From positions 463,613-527,612 of the forward strand of contig CAVRTI010000022.1 in the NCBI GenBank assembly GCA_963723975.1: a stretch of DNA of 64,000 nt, read 5' to 3'. Both the position numbers and the translations under genes were made by a program. Below, piece after piece: positions 11,555 through 19,995 of the stretch. Each line of letters opens with the position of its first letter. The stretch's first letter is position 1. The notes beneath the pieces were generated by a model, which made no database searches, was not told where the DNA came from, and saw nothing but the letters and a program-made list of their open reading frames with translations. This stretch comes from an uncultured Actinomycetota bacterium. Lineage in GTDB: Bacteria > Actinomycetota > Actinomycetes > JACCUZ01.

Positions 11555-11758
11555 TGCCGGAGCATCAAGACCCTGCGCCCGCCGTACACCGACGACGTCA
11601 CCGACGACGACGTGACGGCCGCCGCCCTCCAGTACGTGCGGAAGATCAGCGGCTTCCGCGCGCCGAGCCGGGCCAACACCGAGGCCTTCGACCGGGCCGT
11701 CGCCGAGGTGGCCGCGTCGACCCGGGAGCTGCTCGAGGACCTGGCCGTCCGCCGCTGA
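11552..11758 (+). CDS. DUF2277-family small conserved protein
   Basis: 68-aa ORF starting MCRSIKTLRPP…AALQYVRKISGF…EAFDRAV. This pattern is typical of the actinobacterial DUF2277 family (recognised from memory, not searched). Confidence 0.7.
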   Translation: MCRSIKTLRPPYTDDVTDDDVTAAALQYVRKISGFRAPSRANTEAFDRAVAEVAASTRELLEDLAVRR

Positions 11759-11759
11759 C

Positions 11760-12461
11760 GTGGCAGCCTCCGACGACGACGTACGGCTCGCGGTCTACCG
11801 GGCGTTCGCCGCCGACGGCCGACCGCCGAGCCTCGCGGTCCTGGGCGCCGGCCTCGGCATCACCGACGGCGAGGCACGGGCGGCGCTGGGCCGGCTCTCC
11901 GACGCGCGCCACGTGGTGCTCGACGGCGACACGGTGGTGATGGCGCACCCGTTCGCGTCGGTCCCGCTCGGCTTCTCGGTGATGGGACGCCGGACGCTGT
12001 GGTGGGGCGGCTGCGCGTGGGACTCGTTCGCGCTCCCGCACCTGCTGCCCGAGGAGCCGGACGTCCTGGTGGCGACCCGCTGCCCCGGCTGCGACCGCGC
12101 GCTGTCCTGGGTGGTCGGGCGCGACGCCGCTCCCGTCGGGGACGAGATCGCGCACTTCCTCGTTCCGACGGCGCACATCTGGGACGACGTCGTGCACACC
12201 TGCGCTCACCAGCGGCTGTTCTGCGGCGAACCATGCGTCGGCAGGTGGCTCGCGCGAGAAGGCAAACCGCGGGGCTACGTCATGGACCTGGCCACGCTGT
12301 GGCGGCTGGCCAGCCACTGGTACGACGGACGGCTCACCCCGGGCTACACCCGGCGGGACCCGTCCACCGCCGCCGCCTACTTCTCCTCGGTCGGCCTGCG
12401 CGGCCCGTTCTGGGGCCTGTCCGAGGACCCGACCGACGGACCGGCGAGGATGGCCCGGTGA
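11760..12461 (+). CDS. Alkylmercury (organomercurial) lyase MerB-like family protein
   Basis: 233-aa ORF with a GTG start 2 nt after the previous stop. It has an N-terminal wHTH-like part, a WWGGCAWDSF block (Cys-x-x-Asp) and a later LFCGEPC block, resembling the MerB catalytic Cys/Asp/Cys arrangement. Confidence 0.65.
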   Translation: MAASDDDVRLAVYRAFAADGRPPSLAVLGAGLGITDGEARAALGRLSDARHVVLDGDTVVMAHPFASVPLGFSVMGRRTLWWGGCAWDSFALPHLLPEEPDVLVATRCPGCDRALSWVVGRDAAPVGDEIAHFLVPTAHIWDDVVHTCAHQRLFCGEPCVGRWLAREGKPRGYVMDLATLWRLASHWYDGRLTPGYTRRDPSTAAAYFSSVGLRGPFWGLSEDPTDGPARMAR

Positions 12462-12940
12462 CGAGCACCGAGAACGAGCACGACGTCGAGGTTCGCCGGA
12501 AGGTGGCCGCGGCCCCGGGCGTGGTCTACGACCTGGTCAGCGACGTCCCCCGGATGGGCGAGTGGAGCCCGGAGACCGCGTCCTGCCGCTGGGTCGGTGA
12601 TGTCGCCGCGGCCGAGGTCGGGGCCCGGTTCCGCGGCACCAACCGCCGCGGCCCGCTGATCTGGACGACCACCTGCACGGTCACCGCGGCTGACCCGGGA
12701 CGACAGTTCGCGTTCACGGTCTCCTGGGCCGGTGTCCCGATCTCCGACTGGGCCTACACGATCACCCCGGCCGGCGCCGGGTGCGAGGTCGTCGAGGCCT
12801 GGAGCGACCGCCGGCCGGGCTTCATGCGGGTGGCGTCGATGCCCGTGATGGGCGTCGTCGACCGCGGCGCCCACAACCGGAGAGGCATGGAGGCGACGCT
12901 CGAAGCCCTCGGTCGTGCAGCGGCCGGCGGGGTGCGCTAG
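12458..12940 (+). CDS. SRPBCC (polyketide cyclase/dehydrase-like) family protein
   Basis: GTG 12458 overlaps the previous stop (GTGA). The 160-aa product (…VYDLVSDVPRMGEWSPE…) is typical of SRPBCC ligand-binding proteins. It is the C-terminal part of ORF 11999..12940. Confidence 0.7.
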   Translation: MTSTENEHDVEVRRKVAAAPGVVYDLVSDVPRMGEWSPETASCRWVGDVAAAEVGARFRGTNRRGPLIWTTTCTVTAADPGRQFAFTVSWAGVPISDWAYTITPAGAGCEVVEAWSDRRPGFMRVASMPVMGVVDRGAHNRRGMEATLEALGRAAAGGVR

Positions 12941-14652
12941 AGCGGGACCTGCTCGGTCACTTCGTGACGGTCCCGAGCGGCATGTGAGCGTGCGTGCGCC
13001 AGCGCCGACGGCAGGTCGCTGACGACGTGGCCGACCTTGTCGAGGCGGTCCAAGGCTCCCACGTTACGGAGCAGGCGTAGGTGCTGTGGTGAGGCCACCT
13101 TGACGACGACGGCGATCCCGCGGTCATCGAACTGGGCGATGATCTCAGCGAGCGCACGGGCGCCGGAGGCATCGAGCATCGCCAGGTTCCCCAGCCGCAG
13201 CACGACGACGCGCACGTCGGATACCGCGGTGAGCTGGGCAAGGAACCGCGACGCTGCGCCGAAGAAGAGCGGCCCGTCCAACCGGTACACGAGCACGTGG
13301 TCGCGCAGCAGCCGGTGCTCCTCCTCGGTTGCCACCTCGGTCACGACCGGGCTGTCCTCGACCAGCTGGGCCGTGCTGGCGACGTGCACCAGCGCAATGA
13401 CCACGGCGACCACGATGCCCACCTCGACGGCCACGACGAGATCGAACACGACGGTGGCCACCGCCGTGAGCAGGAACACCGCCGCGTCGGTGCGGGTGGA
13501 GTGCAGCACTGCCCGGACCGAGTGCCGCTCCACCATCCGCCAGGCCGTGACCAGCAGCACTCCGGCCAGCGCGACCAGCGGGATCCGGCCCACCACGCCG
13601 GCCGCGGCGGCCAGCAGCACGGCCAGCACGACGGCGTGGGTGAGTGCCGCGAGGCGGGTGCTCGCCCCTGCGCGCGCGTTCACCGCGGTGCGGGCAATCG
13701 CTCCGGTCGCCGGCATCCCTCCGAACAGGCCCGCTGCGACATTGGCCAGGCCCTGTCCCACCAGCTCCCGGTCCGGGGAGTGCCGGGGGACGTCGGCCAT
13801 CCCGTCGGCCACCCGCGCCGACAGGAGGCTCTCGAGCGCGGCCAGCGCGGCGATCGCAAGCGCCGGCGACAGCAGCGCCAGCCCAGCCCCGAGATCGGGC
13901 ACCGTCGGCGTCGGCAGGGTCCGCGGCAGGTCGCCGATGACCGCGACCTCGACTCCGGCCAGCTCTGCCACCAGGGTCGTGACCGCCACTGCGACCAGGC
14001 TCGCGGGCAGCGAGCGGTGCAGTCGCGGCAGCGCCGCGGCAACCAGCACGGCGATCACGAGCAGCAGCAGGACGGCGAGATCCGGTGCGGCGGCGAAGTC
14101 CAGGACGGCCTGGGCGGCGACGAGCGCAGCATTGTCACCGTCGGCGCGCTCCACACCGAGCGCCATCGGGACCTGCTGGGCCGCGATCACCACGGCGATG
14201 CCCAGGGTGAACCCCTCGACCACGGGCCACGGGATGAGTCCTACCAGTCGGCCGAGCCCGAGCACGCCGGCCGCGGTCACGAGAACCCCCGCGAGCACCG
14301 CCACGGTGGCGACCGACCCGACTCCGTGCTGCGCCACGATCGGCAGGAGCACCACCGCCATCGCACCGGTCGGTCCGGAGACCTGCAGCCCGGAACCGCC
14401 GAAGACCGCGGCGACCGCGCCGGCCACGACCGCAGTCACCAGGCCGGCCGCCGGCCCGACTCCGGAAGCAACGCCGAAACCCAGCGCCAGCGGCAACGCG
14501 ACCACTGCCACGGTGAGCCCGGCCAGGAGGTCACCGGCCCAGCTGCGGCGGAGACCGACGTAGTCGCGTCGGCCGGGCAGCAGACTGCTCAGGCGCGCTG
14601 CCCCTCGCGACGCCGGGGGTGTCCTGGCGGGGGCTGCGCCCGCGCTCGTCAT
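12937..14652 (-). CDS. SulP-family anion transporter with C-terminal STAS domain
   Basis: Intact 571-aa ORF with many TM segments (…VALPLALGFGVASG…) and a STAS end (…VLVYRLDGPLFFGAA…VVLRLGNLAMLDASG…). The start ATG overlaps the arsR-like stop (ATGA). Confidence 0.9.
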   Translation of the reverse strand: MTSAGAAPARTPPASRGAARLSSLLPGRRDYVGLRRSWAGDLLAGLTVAVVALPLALGFGVASGVGPAAGLVTAVVAGAVAAVFGGSGLQVSGPTGAMAVVLLPIVAQHGVGSVATVAVLAGVLVTAAGVLGLGRLVGLIPWPVVEGFTLGIAVVIAAQQVPMALGVERADGDNAALVAAQAVLDFAAAPDLAVLLLLVIAVLVAAALPRLHRSLPASLVAVAVTTLVAELAGVEVAVIGDLPRTLPTPTVPDLGAGLALLSPALAIAALAALESLLSARVADGMADVPRHSPDRELVGQGLANVAAGLFGGMPATGAIARTAVNARAGASTRLAALTHAVVLAVLLAAAAGVVGRIPLVALAGVLLVTAWRMVERHSVRAVLHSTRTDAAVFLLTAVATVVFDLVVAVEVGIVVAVVIALVHVASTAQLVEDSPVVTEVATEEEHRLLRDHVLVYRLDGPLFFGAASRFLAQLTAVSDVRVVVLRLGNLAMLDASGARALAEIIAQFDDRGIAVVVKVASPQHLRLLRNVGALDRLDKVGHVVSDLPSALAHARSHAARDRHEVTEQVPL

Positions 14653-15011
14653 GAGCCGGACCTACCGGCCGGCTGGGGCGACCGTTCCTCCTCGAGGTCG
14701 GTCAGCAGGACCTGGCTGTCCCTCAGCCCACCGAGCAGCATCTCCCGCGCGACGGCCAGCAGGTCGGCCACCCGCGGGTCGCGCACCGAATAGAAGACGG
14801 TGCTCCCGACCCGCCGCGCCTGGACGAGCTGTGCGCGCCGCAGCACCGCCAGCTGCTGCGAGAGGTGGGACGTCTCGGCATCCAGCGCCGCGGCGAGGGC
14901 GCCGACCGGGCGCTCACCCGAGACGAGCAGCTCGAGCACCCGGATGCGCAGTGGATGGGCGAGGGACTTGAACATCTCCGCCTTGGCGGAGGCAACGGCG
15001 CGGGTCGGCAT
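14649..15011 (-). CDS. ArsR/SmtB-family transcriptional regulator
   Basis: 120-aa ORF with the wHTH core FKSLAHPLRIRVLELL…LSQQLAVLRRAQLVQARRVGSTVFY. It is co-directional with, and overlaps, the SulP gene. Confidence 0.9.
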   Translation of the reverse strand: MPTRAVASAKAEMFKSLAHPLRIRVLELLVSGERPVGALAAALDAETSHLSQQLAVLRRAQLVQARRVGSTVFYSVRDPRVADLLAVAREMLLGGLRDSQVLLTDLEEERSPQPAGRSGS

Positions 15012-15061
15012 GTAGCGAACTTATCATTTGACGGTTCTGTCAGATCATGTAGCAGATGATC
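15009..15061. promoter_or_regulatory. AT-rich divergent promoter region with candidate ArsR operator inverted repeats
   Basis: ATCATTTGAC-N6-GTCAGATCAT (15023-15048, 8/10 complementary), overlapping GATCAT-N7-ATGATC (15043-15061). CATGTAGC is repeated directly at 15009 and 15047. The region lies just upstream of the arsR-like ATG (15011). Confidence 0.35.
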
Positions 15062-15149
15062 CGGAACGAAATGCCGCCAGGACAGCAACCAGGCGCGCCC
15101 TGGCTGCGTCCAACCGCCGACCCAGCTCCACCGGGACCAGGAGGCCTCC

Positions 15150-17110
15150 ATGCACCGTCGTACCGTCCTCGTCGGAGCGCTCGCTGCCGCTGTCACCGGT
15201 CTCGGTGCTGCGCAGCTGCTCCTGGCTTCAGTCCCACCGCCCGGGCCGACGGGCTGGCGGGCTACTCCAGCTGCGACGAGCTGCTCCGCAGCTACCGGGC
15301 CGAGCTGGGTCGTACGGTCACCGCCTACGGGTACGGGTGGGGCGGCTTCGCGGTCGCCGACAGCGCGGCGTCGGCGGCGTCGGGCACGGCAGCCCGGGAG
15401 TCGGGCGACGCGGGTGCGGTCGGCAGCGGGAGCACCGGCACCAACCTGCAGGAGCAGGGCGTCGACGAGCCGGACCTGGCCAAGCTGCGCGACGGCCGGC
15501 TGGTCGTCCTGATCGGGAACCGGCTGCGGATCGTCTCGGCCGAGGCGCAGCCGCGGCTGCTCGGCTCGCTGCGCGTGACCGACGGTGACATGTACGGCGG
15601 CGAGCTGCTGCTCGTCGACGACCGTGCCGTCGTGGTGATCCCCGGCTGGCGCGACGACACCGGATCGACGCCGGGGACCTCCGGCGACCGGCAGATGATG
15701 TCGTACCGGCCGGGCACCCCGACCACCGAGGTCGTGCTCGTCGACCTGTCAAAGGACCAGCCACGGCTGCTCGAGCGCTCGGTGTACGACGGGCAGTACG
15801 TCAGCGCCCGCCTGGTCGACGGCACCGTCCGGCTGGTGACCACCACCCGCCCCCAGCCGCCGATCCTCCACCCGACCGAGCCCGGCCCGGGCGCCGAGCA
15901 GCAGTCCCTGATCGCCAACCGGCGGGCCGCGGCGAGCGTCACGCTCGACGCCGTCCTGCCGCAGGTGGTCCGCAGCGACGCTGACGGAACGGTGCTGGAG
16001 CGGGGCGCCGCGGTGTCCTGCGACCAGACCTTCCACTCCCGGTCCCCGTCCGGCGCGAGCACCCTGCTCGTCACGACGCTGCGCCCGGGCGACGGCCTCG
16101 CCGCGACCGACCGGACTGCCGTCACGACCGACGGCGACCTTGTCTACGCCGCCGAGGACCGGCTCTACGTCGCGACCAGCCGCTGGGGCACCGTCGGCCC
16201 GATCGGGCTGATGGACGGCGTGCGTCCCGGACGGGTGATGGCGCCGGCCGACGAGGTCAGCACCGAGCTGCACGGCTTCGACACCACCTCGGACTCCGAG
16301 ACGACGTACGTCGGCAGCGGGACCGTCCCGGGCTACGTGCTGGGCCGGTGGGCGCTGTCCAGCCACGAGGGGGCGTTGCGGGTGGCCACCACCCGGCAGC
16401 CGCCGTGGCAGGGCGAGGGTGCGCAGACCGGCGAGACCTCGTCGATGGTCGTCAAGCTCGTCGAGCGGGACGGTGCCCTGGTCGAGACCGGTCGGGTCGG
16501 CGGGCTCGGCCGGACCGAGCAGATCCGGGCGGTGCGCTACTTCGGCGACATCGCCGCGGTCGTGACGTTCCGGCAGACCGACCCGTTGTACCTGCTCGAC
16601 CTCTCCGGCGACCCCGAGGTGCTCGGCGAGCTGAAGGTGCCCGGCTTCTCGACGTACCTGCACCCCCTGGGTGACGGGCTGCTTCTCGGGCTCGGGCAGG
16701 ACGCCACCGCGAGCGGCCAGATCACCGGGATGCAGGCCTCGGTGTTCGACGTCTCCGACCTGGCCCACCCGGTGCTGCGCGACCGGCTCCGGCTGGGCAA
16801 CGGCTGGTCACCGGCTCTGGACGACTCCCGGGCCTTCGGCTACGACCCGCAGCGCCGGCAGGCGACCTTCCCGTTCACCAGCTACGACCCGGCGGCGTCG
16901 CTGGGTGAGCACCCGAGCGCGCTCGGGCTGACCGTGGCCGCCGACGGCGGGCTGAGCCTGACCGGCCGGCTGGACCTCTCCGGCGACAGCTGGCCGCAGC
17001 GGGTGCTCACCGACGGCGACCAGGTCTACGCGGTCACCGACAGCGGCGTCATCGCCGGGAACGCCGGCACGATGCGGCGGACCGGGCAGCTGACCTTCAC
17101 TGCAGGCTGA
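15150..17110 (+). CDS. Secreted beta-propeller domain protein (Beta_propel/PF09826-like); frame change ~15240
   Basis: ATG 15150 gives a signal-peptide-like MHRRTVLVGALAAAVTGLGAAQLLLAS (ORF 15150..15512). The body is in ORF 15056..17110 (…YSSCDELL…VRYFGD…LYLLDLS…PGFSTYLHPLGDGLLLGLGQD…FDVSD…). Confidence 0.75.
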
Positions 17111-17143
17111 CCGCGGCAGCGCGGTGTCGCCCGCCTGCGGACT

Positions 17144-17158
17144 TACGGTGGGTGCATG
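17144..17158 (+). promoter_or_regulatory. Candidate -10 hexamer TACGGT placed 6 nt before ATG 17156 (possible leaderless transcript)
   Basis: TACGGT (TANNNT) sits at 17144-17149, followed by GGGTGC and then ATG. No SD is visible in the 45-nt gap. Confidence 0.25.
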
Positions 17159-17875
17159 TATCTGGAGAACCTCGTCACCGACGCCGTCGAGCCGCAGCGG
17201 CTGGGCCGGTTCTGGGAGACGGTACTCGGCTGTGAGCGGCTGACCGACGAGCCTGACGGCTTCGAGACGCGGCTCACCATCGAGGGCGGACCGGTGCTCG
17301 ACCTGTGCTTCCAGCGCGTCCCCGAGCCCCCCTCCGGGCGGCCGAGACTCCACCTGGACCTGCTGGGCGGGGCAGGCCAGACCCAGGAGGTCGAGCGGCT
17401 GCTCGGGCTGGGCGCACGCCACCTCGACATCGGTCAGCGCGATGTGCCCTGGGTGGTGCTCGCCGACCCGGAGGGCAATCCCTGCTGCGTCATGGAGGAT
17501 CGCCCGGCGTACGCCGACACCGGACCCCTCGCGGCGCTGCCGCTCGACTCTGCCGCGCCGGACAGGGATGCGGAGTTCTGGTCCTGGCTGTCCGGCTGGA
17601 CCGACGCGGCCGGCGTCGCACCCCGGTCCCTGCGCCACCCGTCCATGCTCGGTCCCCTCCTTGAGCTCTGCCCTGAGCCTGCCCCCAAGGGGACGACGAA
17701 GAACCGGCTGCACCTCGACATCCGGCTCGAGCCTGGAGATGATCCCGACGACGTCGCGGCGAGCATCGGCGAGCGCGGCGGCCGCGAGCTCCACCCGGAG
17801 TGGGGCGAGCTGCCGTGGCGGCACTACGCAGACCCGTCCGGCAACGAGTTCTGCGTGCTTCCGGCGCGGTCGTGA
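17156..17875 (+). CDS. VOC (glyoxalase-like) family protein, two tandem domains
   Basis: 239-aa ORF. Each half ends in the family signature (…LADPEGNPCCV… and …YADPSGNEFCVL) and contains RLHLDL/RLHLDI blocks. Confidence 0.8.
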   Translation: MYLENLVTDAVEPQRLGRFWETVLGCERLTDEPDGFETRLTIEGGPVLDLCFQRVPEPPSGRPRLHLDLLGGAGQTQEVERLLGLGARHLDIGQRDVPWVVLADPEGNPCCVMEDRPAYADTGPLAALPLDSAAPDRDAEFWSWLSGWTDAAGVAPRSLRHPSMLGPLLELCPEPAPKGTTKNRLHLDIRLEPGDDPDDVAASIGERGGRELHPEWGELPWRHYADPSGNEFCVLPARS

Positions 17876-17917
17876 GCAACAGTCACGGCTGCGCACCGTG
17901 CGGCCGCACGCGGGCAG

Positions 17918-18394
17918 TCACCCGAACGTCAGGCCGTGCTTCTCCATGATGGGCTGGGTCGCCTCCATGTCGCCCTCGCACCCGTACGGCTCGATGACCG
18001 GGCCGAGGTCCACATCAGGCGAGGCCGTGTCGATGAGCCGGAAGGCCTCTTCAAGGCCTCCGGGGCTGATGATCTCGAGTACCCGCGCCGGCTGGTCGGC
18101 AGCGTTCCAGAAGGTGTGCCACTCGCCGCGAGGCTTGAACACCAGATCGCCGACCGCCGCCGTCAGTTCCTCTCCGGCGGCGTGGTAGCCGACCTGGCCC
18201 TCGAGAATGAGACTGAACTCGTCCTCCTTGGTGTGCCGGTGCATCGGGGCTGCGATCGAGTGCGGCGCCAGCAGGTGCTCGACCACCGCGAACCTTCCGC
18301 CCCAGTCCTTGGAGTCGATCAGGAAGCGGTCGCGACAACCGTCCACCGACCCGAGAACCACGCCCTCGCCGGCCCTGATGATCCGTGTGCTCAT
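17918..18394 (-). CDS. Cupin domain protein
   Basis: ATG 18394 (MSTRIIRAGEG…) lies within ORF 17918..18685. Cupin motifs are …PMHRHTKEDEFSLILEG… and …GDLVFKPRGEWHTFWN…. Confidence 0.8.
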   Translation of the reverse strand: MSTRIIRAGEGVVLGSVDGCRDRFLIDSKDWGGRFAVVEHLLAPHSIAAPMHRHTKEDEFSLILEGQVGYHAAGEELTAAVGDLVFKPRGEWHTFWNAADQPARVLEIISPGGLEEAFRLIDTASPDVDLGPVIEPYGCEGDMEATQPIMEKHGLTFG

Positions 18395-18452
18395 CCCGGC
18401 ATTCTGTGCCCTGCCGTACCTGGGCGCCATAGCCCGCGAACGGGCGCGCTGA

Positions 18453-18758
18453 TCAGCCGCCGGCCATCGCTCCGATGACCAGGAACGGCTCCTCGCCGCG
18501 GGCGACCCGCTCCGGCAACGGAGCGTCCGGCTCCTCGTGGGACAGGTCCTCCTCGCAGGCGTAGAAGCGCACGAAGGCACGCCGCTTGGCCGTCGTCCGG
18601 TCGCGGATGGTGCCCAGCAGCATCGGGAAGTCAGCCTCCAGGGCGTCGAGAACCGACCGCTGGGTGACCGTCCCCTCGACGTCAACGAGGACCTCGCCCT
18701 GGACCTTCGCCATCGCCCGTAGGTGGGCCGGCAGGACGACCCGCACGGAGTCGCTCAT
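18453..18758 (-). CDS. MoaD/ThiS-family ubiquitin-like small protein (C-terminal Gly-Gly)
   Basis: ATG 18758 (MSDSVRVVLPAHLR…) lies within ORF 18453..18890. The 101-aa product ends …LVIGAMAGG, followed directly by the stop. Confidence 0.75.
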   Translation of the reverse strand: MSDSVRVVLPAHLRAMAKVQGEVLVDVEGTVTQRSVLDALEADFPMLLGTIRDRTTAKRRAFVRFYACEEDLSHEEPDAPLPERVARGEEPFLVIGAMAGG

Positions 18759-18768
18759 GTTCCCGCCC

Positions 18769-19884
18769 TCACCGCAGCGTCTGGACCTCGACGGACAGCA
18801 CCGCCGGCAGGTCACGGACGATCGGGGCCCACGAGTCGCCGGAGTCGTTGGACGCGTAGACCTGGCCACCTGTGGTGCCGAAGTAGACACCGCAGGACTC
18901 GTGCTGGTCGACGGCCATCGCGTCGCGGAGCACGTTGACGTAGCAGTCGGCCTGCGGCAGGCCCTCGGTCAGCGCCTCCCACTCGTCGCCGCCGGTGCGG
19001 CTCCGGTAGACCCGCAGCCTGCCGTCGGGCGGGTAGTGGTAGGAGTCGCTGAGGATCGGGACGACATAGATGGTCTCGGCCTCGTGCGCGTGCACGGTGA
19101 TCGGGAAGCCGAAGTCGCTGGGCAGATTGCCGCTGACCTCCTGCCAGGAGTCACCGCCGTCCTTGCTGCGCATGACGTCCCAGTGCTTCTGCATGTAGAG
19201 GACGTCGGGGTTGCTCGGGTGCATGTCGATGCGGTGCACGCAGTGCCCGACCTCGGAGTCCTGGTCGGGGATCTCGCCGGAGCGCAGGCCCTTGTTGATC
19301 GGCTGCCAGGTCTGGCCGCCGTCAGTGGTGCGGAACGCGCCGGCCGCCGAGATGGCGACGTAGAGCCGGTCCGGGTCGCTCGGGTGCTGGAGGATCGTGT
19401 GCAGGCACATGCCGCCGGCGCCGGGCTGCCACTGGGGGCCGGTGTCGTGCTTGCGCAGGCCGGAGAGCTCGGTCCACGACGTGCCGGCGTCGGTCGACTT
19501 GAACAGCGCGGCGTCCTCGACGCCGGCGTAGACCGTGTCCGCGTCGTGCAGGCTCGGCTCGAGGTGCCAGACCCGGGTGAACGCCCAGTCGCGCAGCGAG
19601 CCGTCGTACCACTGGTGCTGGCCGGGGACGCCGTCGTAGCTGAAGTCGTTGCCGACCGTCTCCCAGGTCGACCCGCCGTCGTCGGAGCGGTGGATCACCT
19701 GGCCGAACCACCCGCTGGACTGCGAGGCGTAGATCCGGTCGGGGTTCAGCGTGGACGCCTTGAGATGGTAGATCTCCATGCCCGGGAAGTGCGGGCCGTC
19801 GACCTTCCAGTCCTTGCGCCCCTCGTCCGAGGTGAGGACGAAGGCACCCTTGCGGGTCCCGACGAGGACACGTGTGCCACCCAT
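18769..19884 (-). CDS. BNR/Asp-box repeat beta-propeller protein (often annotated as sialidase-like/glycosyl hydrolase)
   Basis: Intact 371-aa ORF with five Asp-box-like repeats: [40 protein letters not shown]. Confidence 0.85.
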   Translation of the reverse strand: MGGTRVLVGTRKGAFVLTSDEGRKDWKVDGPHFPGMEIYHLKASTLNPDRIYASQSSGWFGQVIHRSDDGGSTWETVGNDFSYDGVPGQHQWYDGSLRDWAFTRVWHLEPSLHDADTVYAGVEDAALFKSTDAGTSWTELSGLRKHDTGPQWQPGAGGMCLHTILQHPSDPDRLYVAISAAGAFRTTDGGQTWQPINKGLRSGEIPDQDSEVGHCVHRIDMHPSNPDVLYMQKHWDVMRSKDGGDSWQEVSGNLPSDFGFPITVHAHEAETIYVVPILSDSYHYPPDGRLRVYRSRTGGDEWEALTEGLPQADCYVNVLRDAMAVDQHESCGVYFGTTGGQVYASNDSGDSWAPIVRDLPAVLSVEVQTLR

Positions 19885-19995
19885 GCGCTGATCCCTTCCT
19901 GCAGCCGCTTGGCCGCGACGCTACTCGTCCGGCCCGACAGAAGGGACCCCCCCCGGTCCGAAACTCATCGGTCGCGGGCGGAGCCCCTGCAGCCG

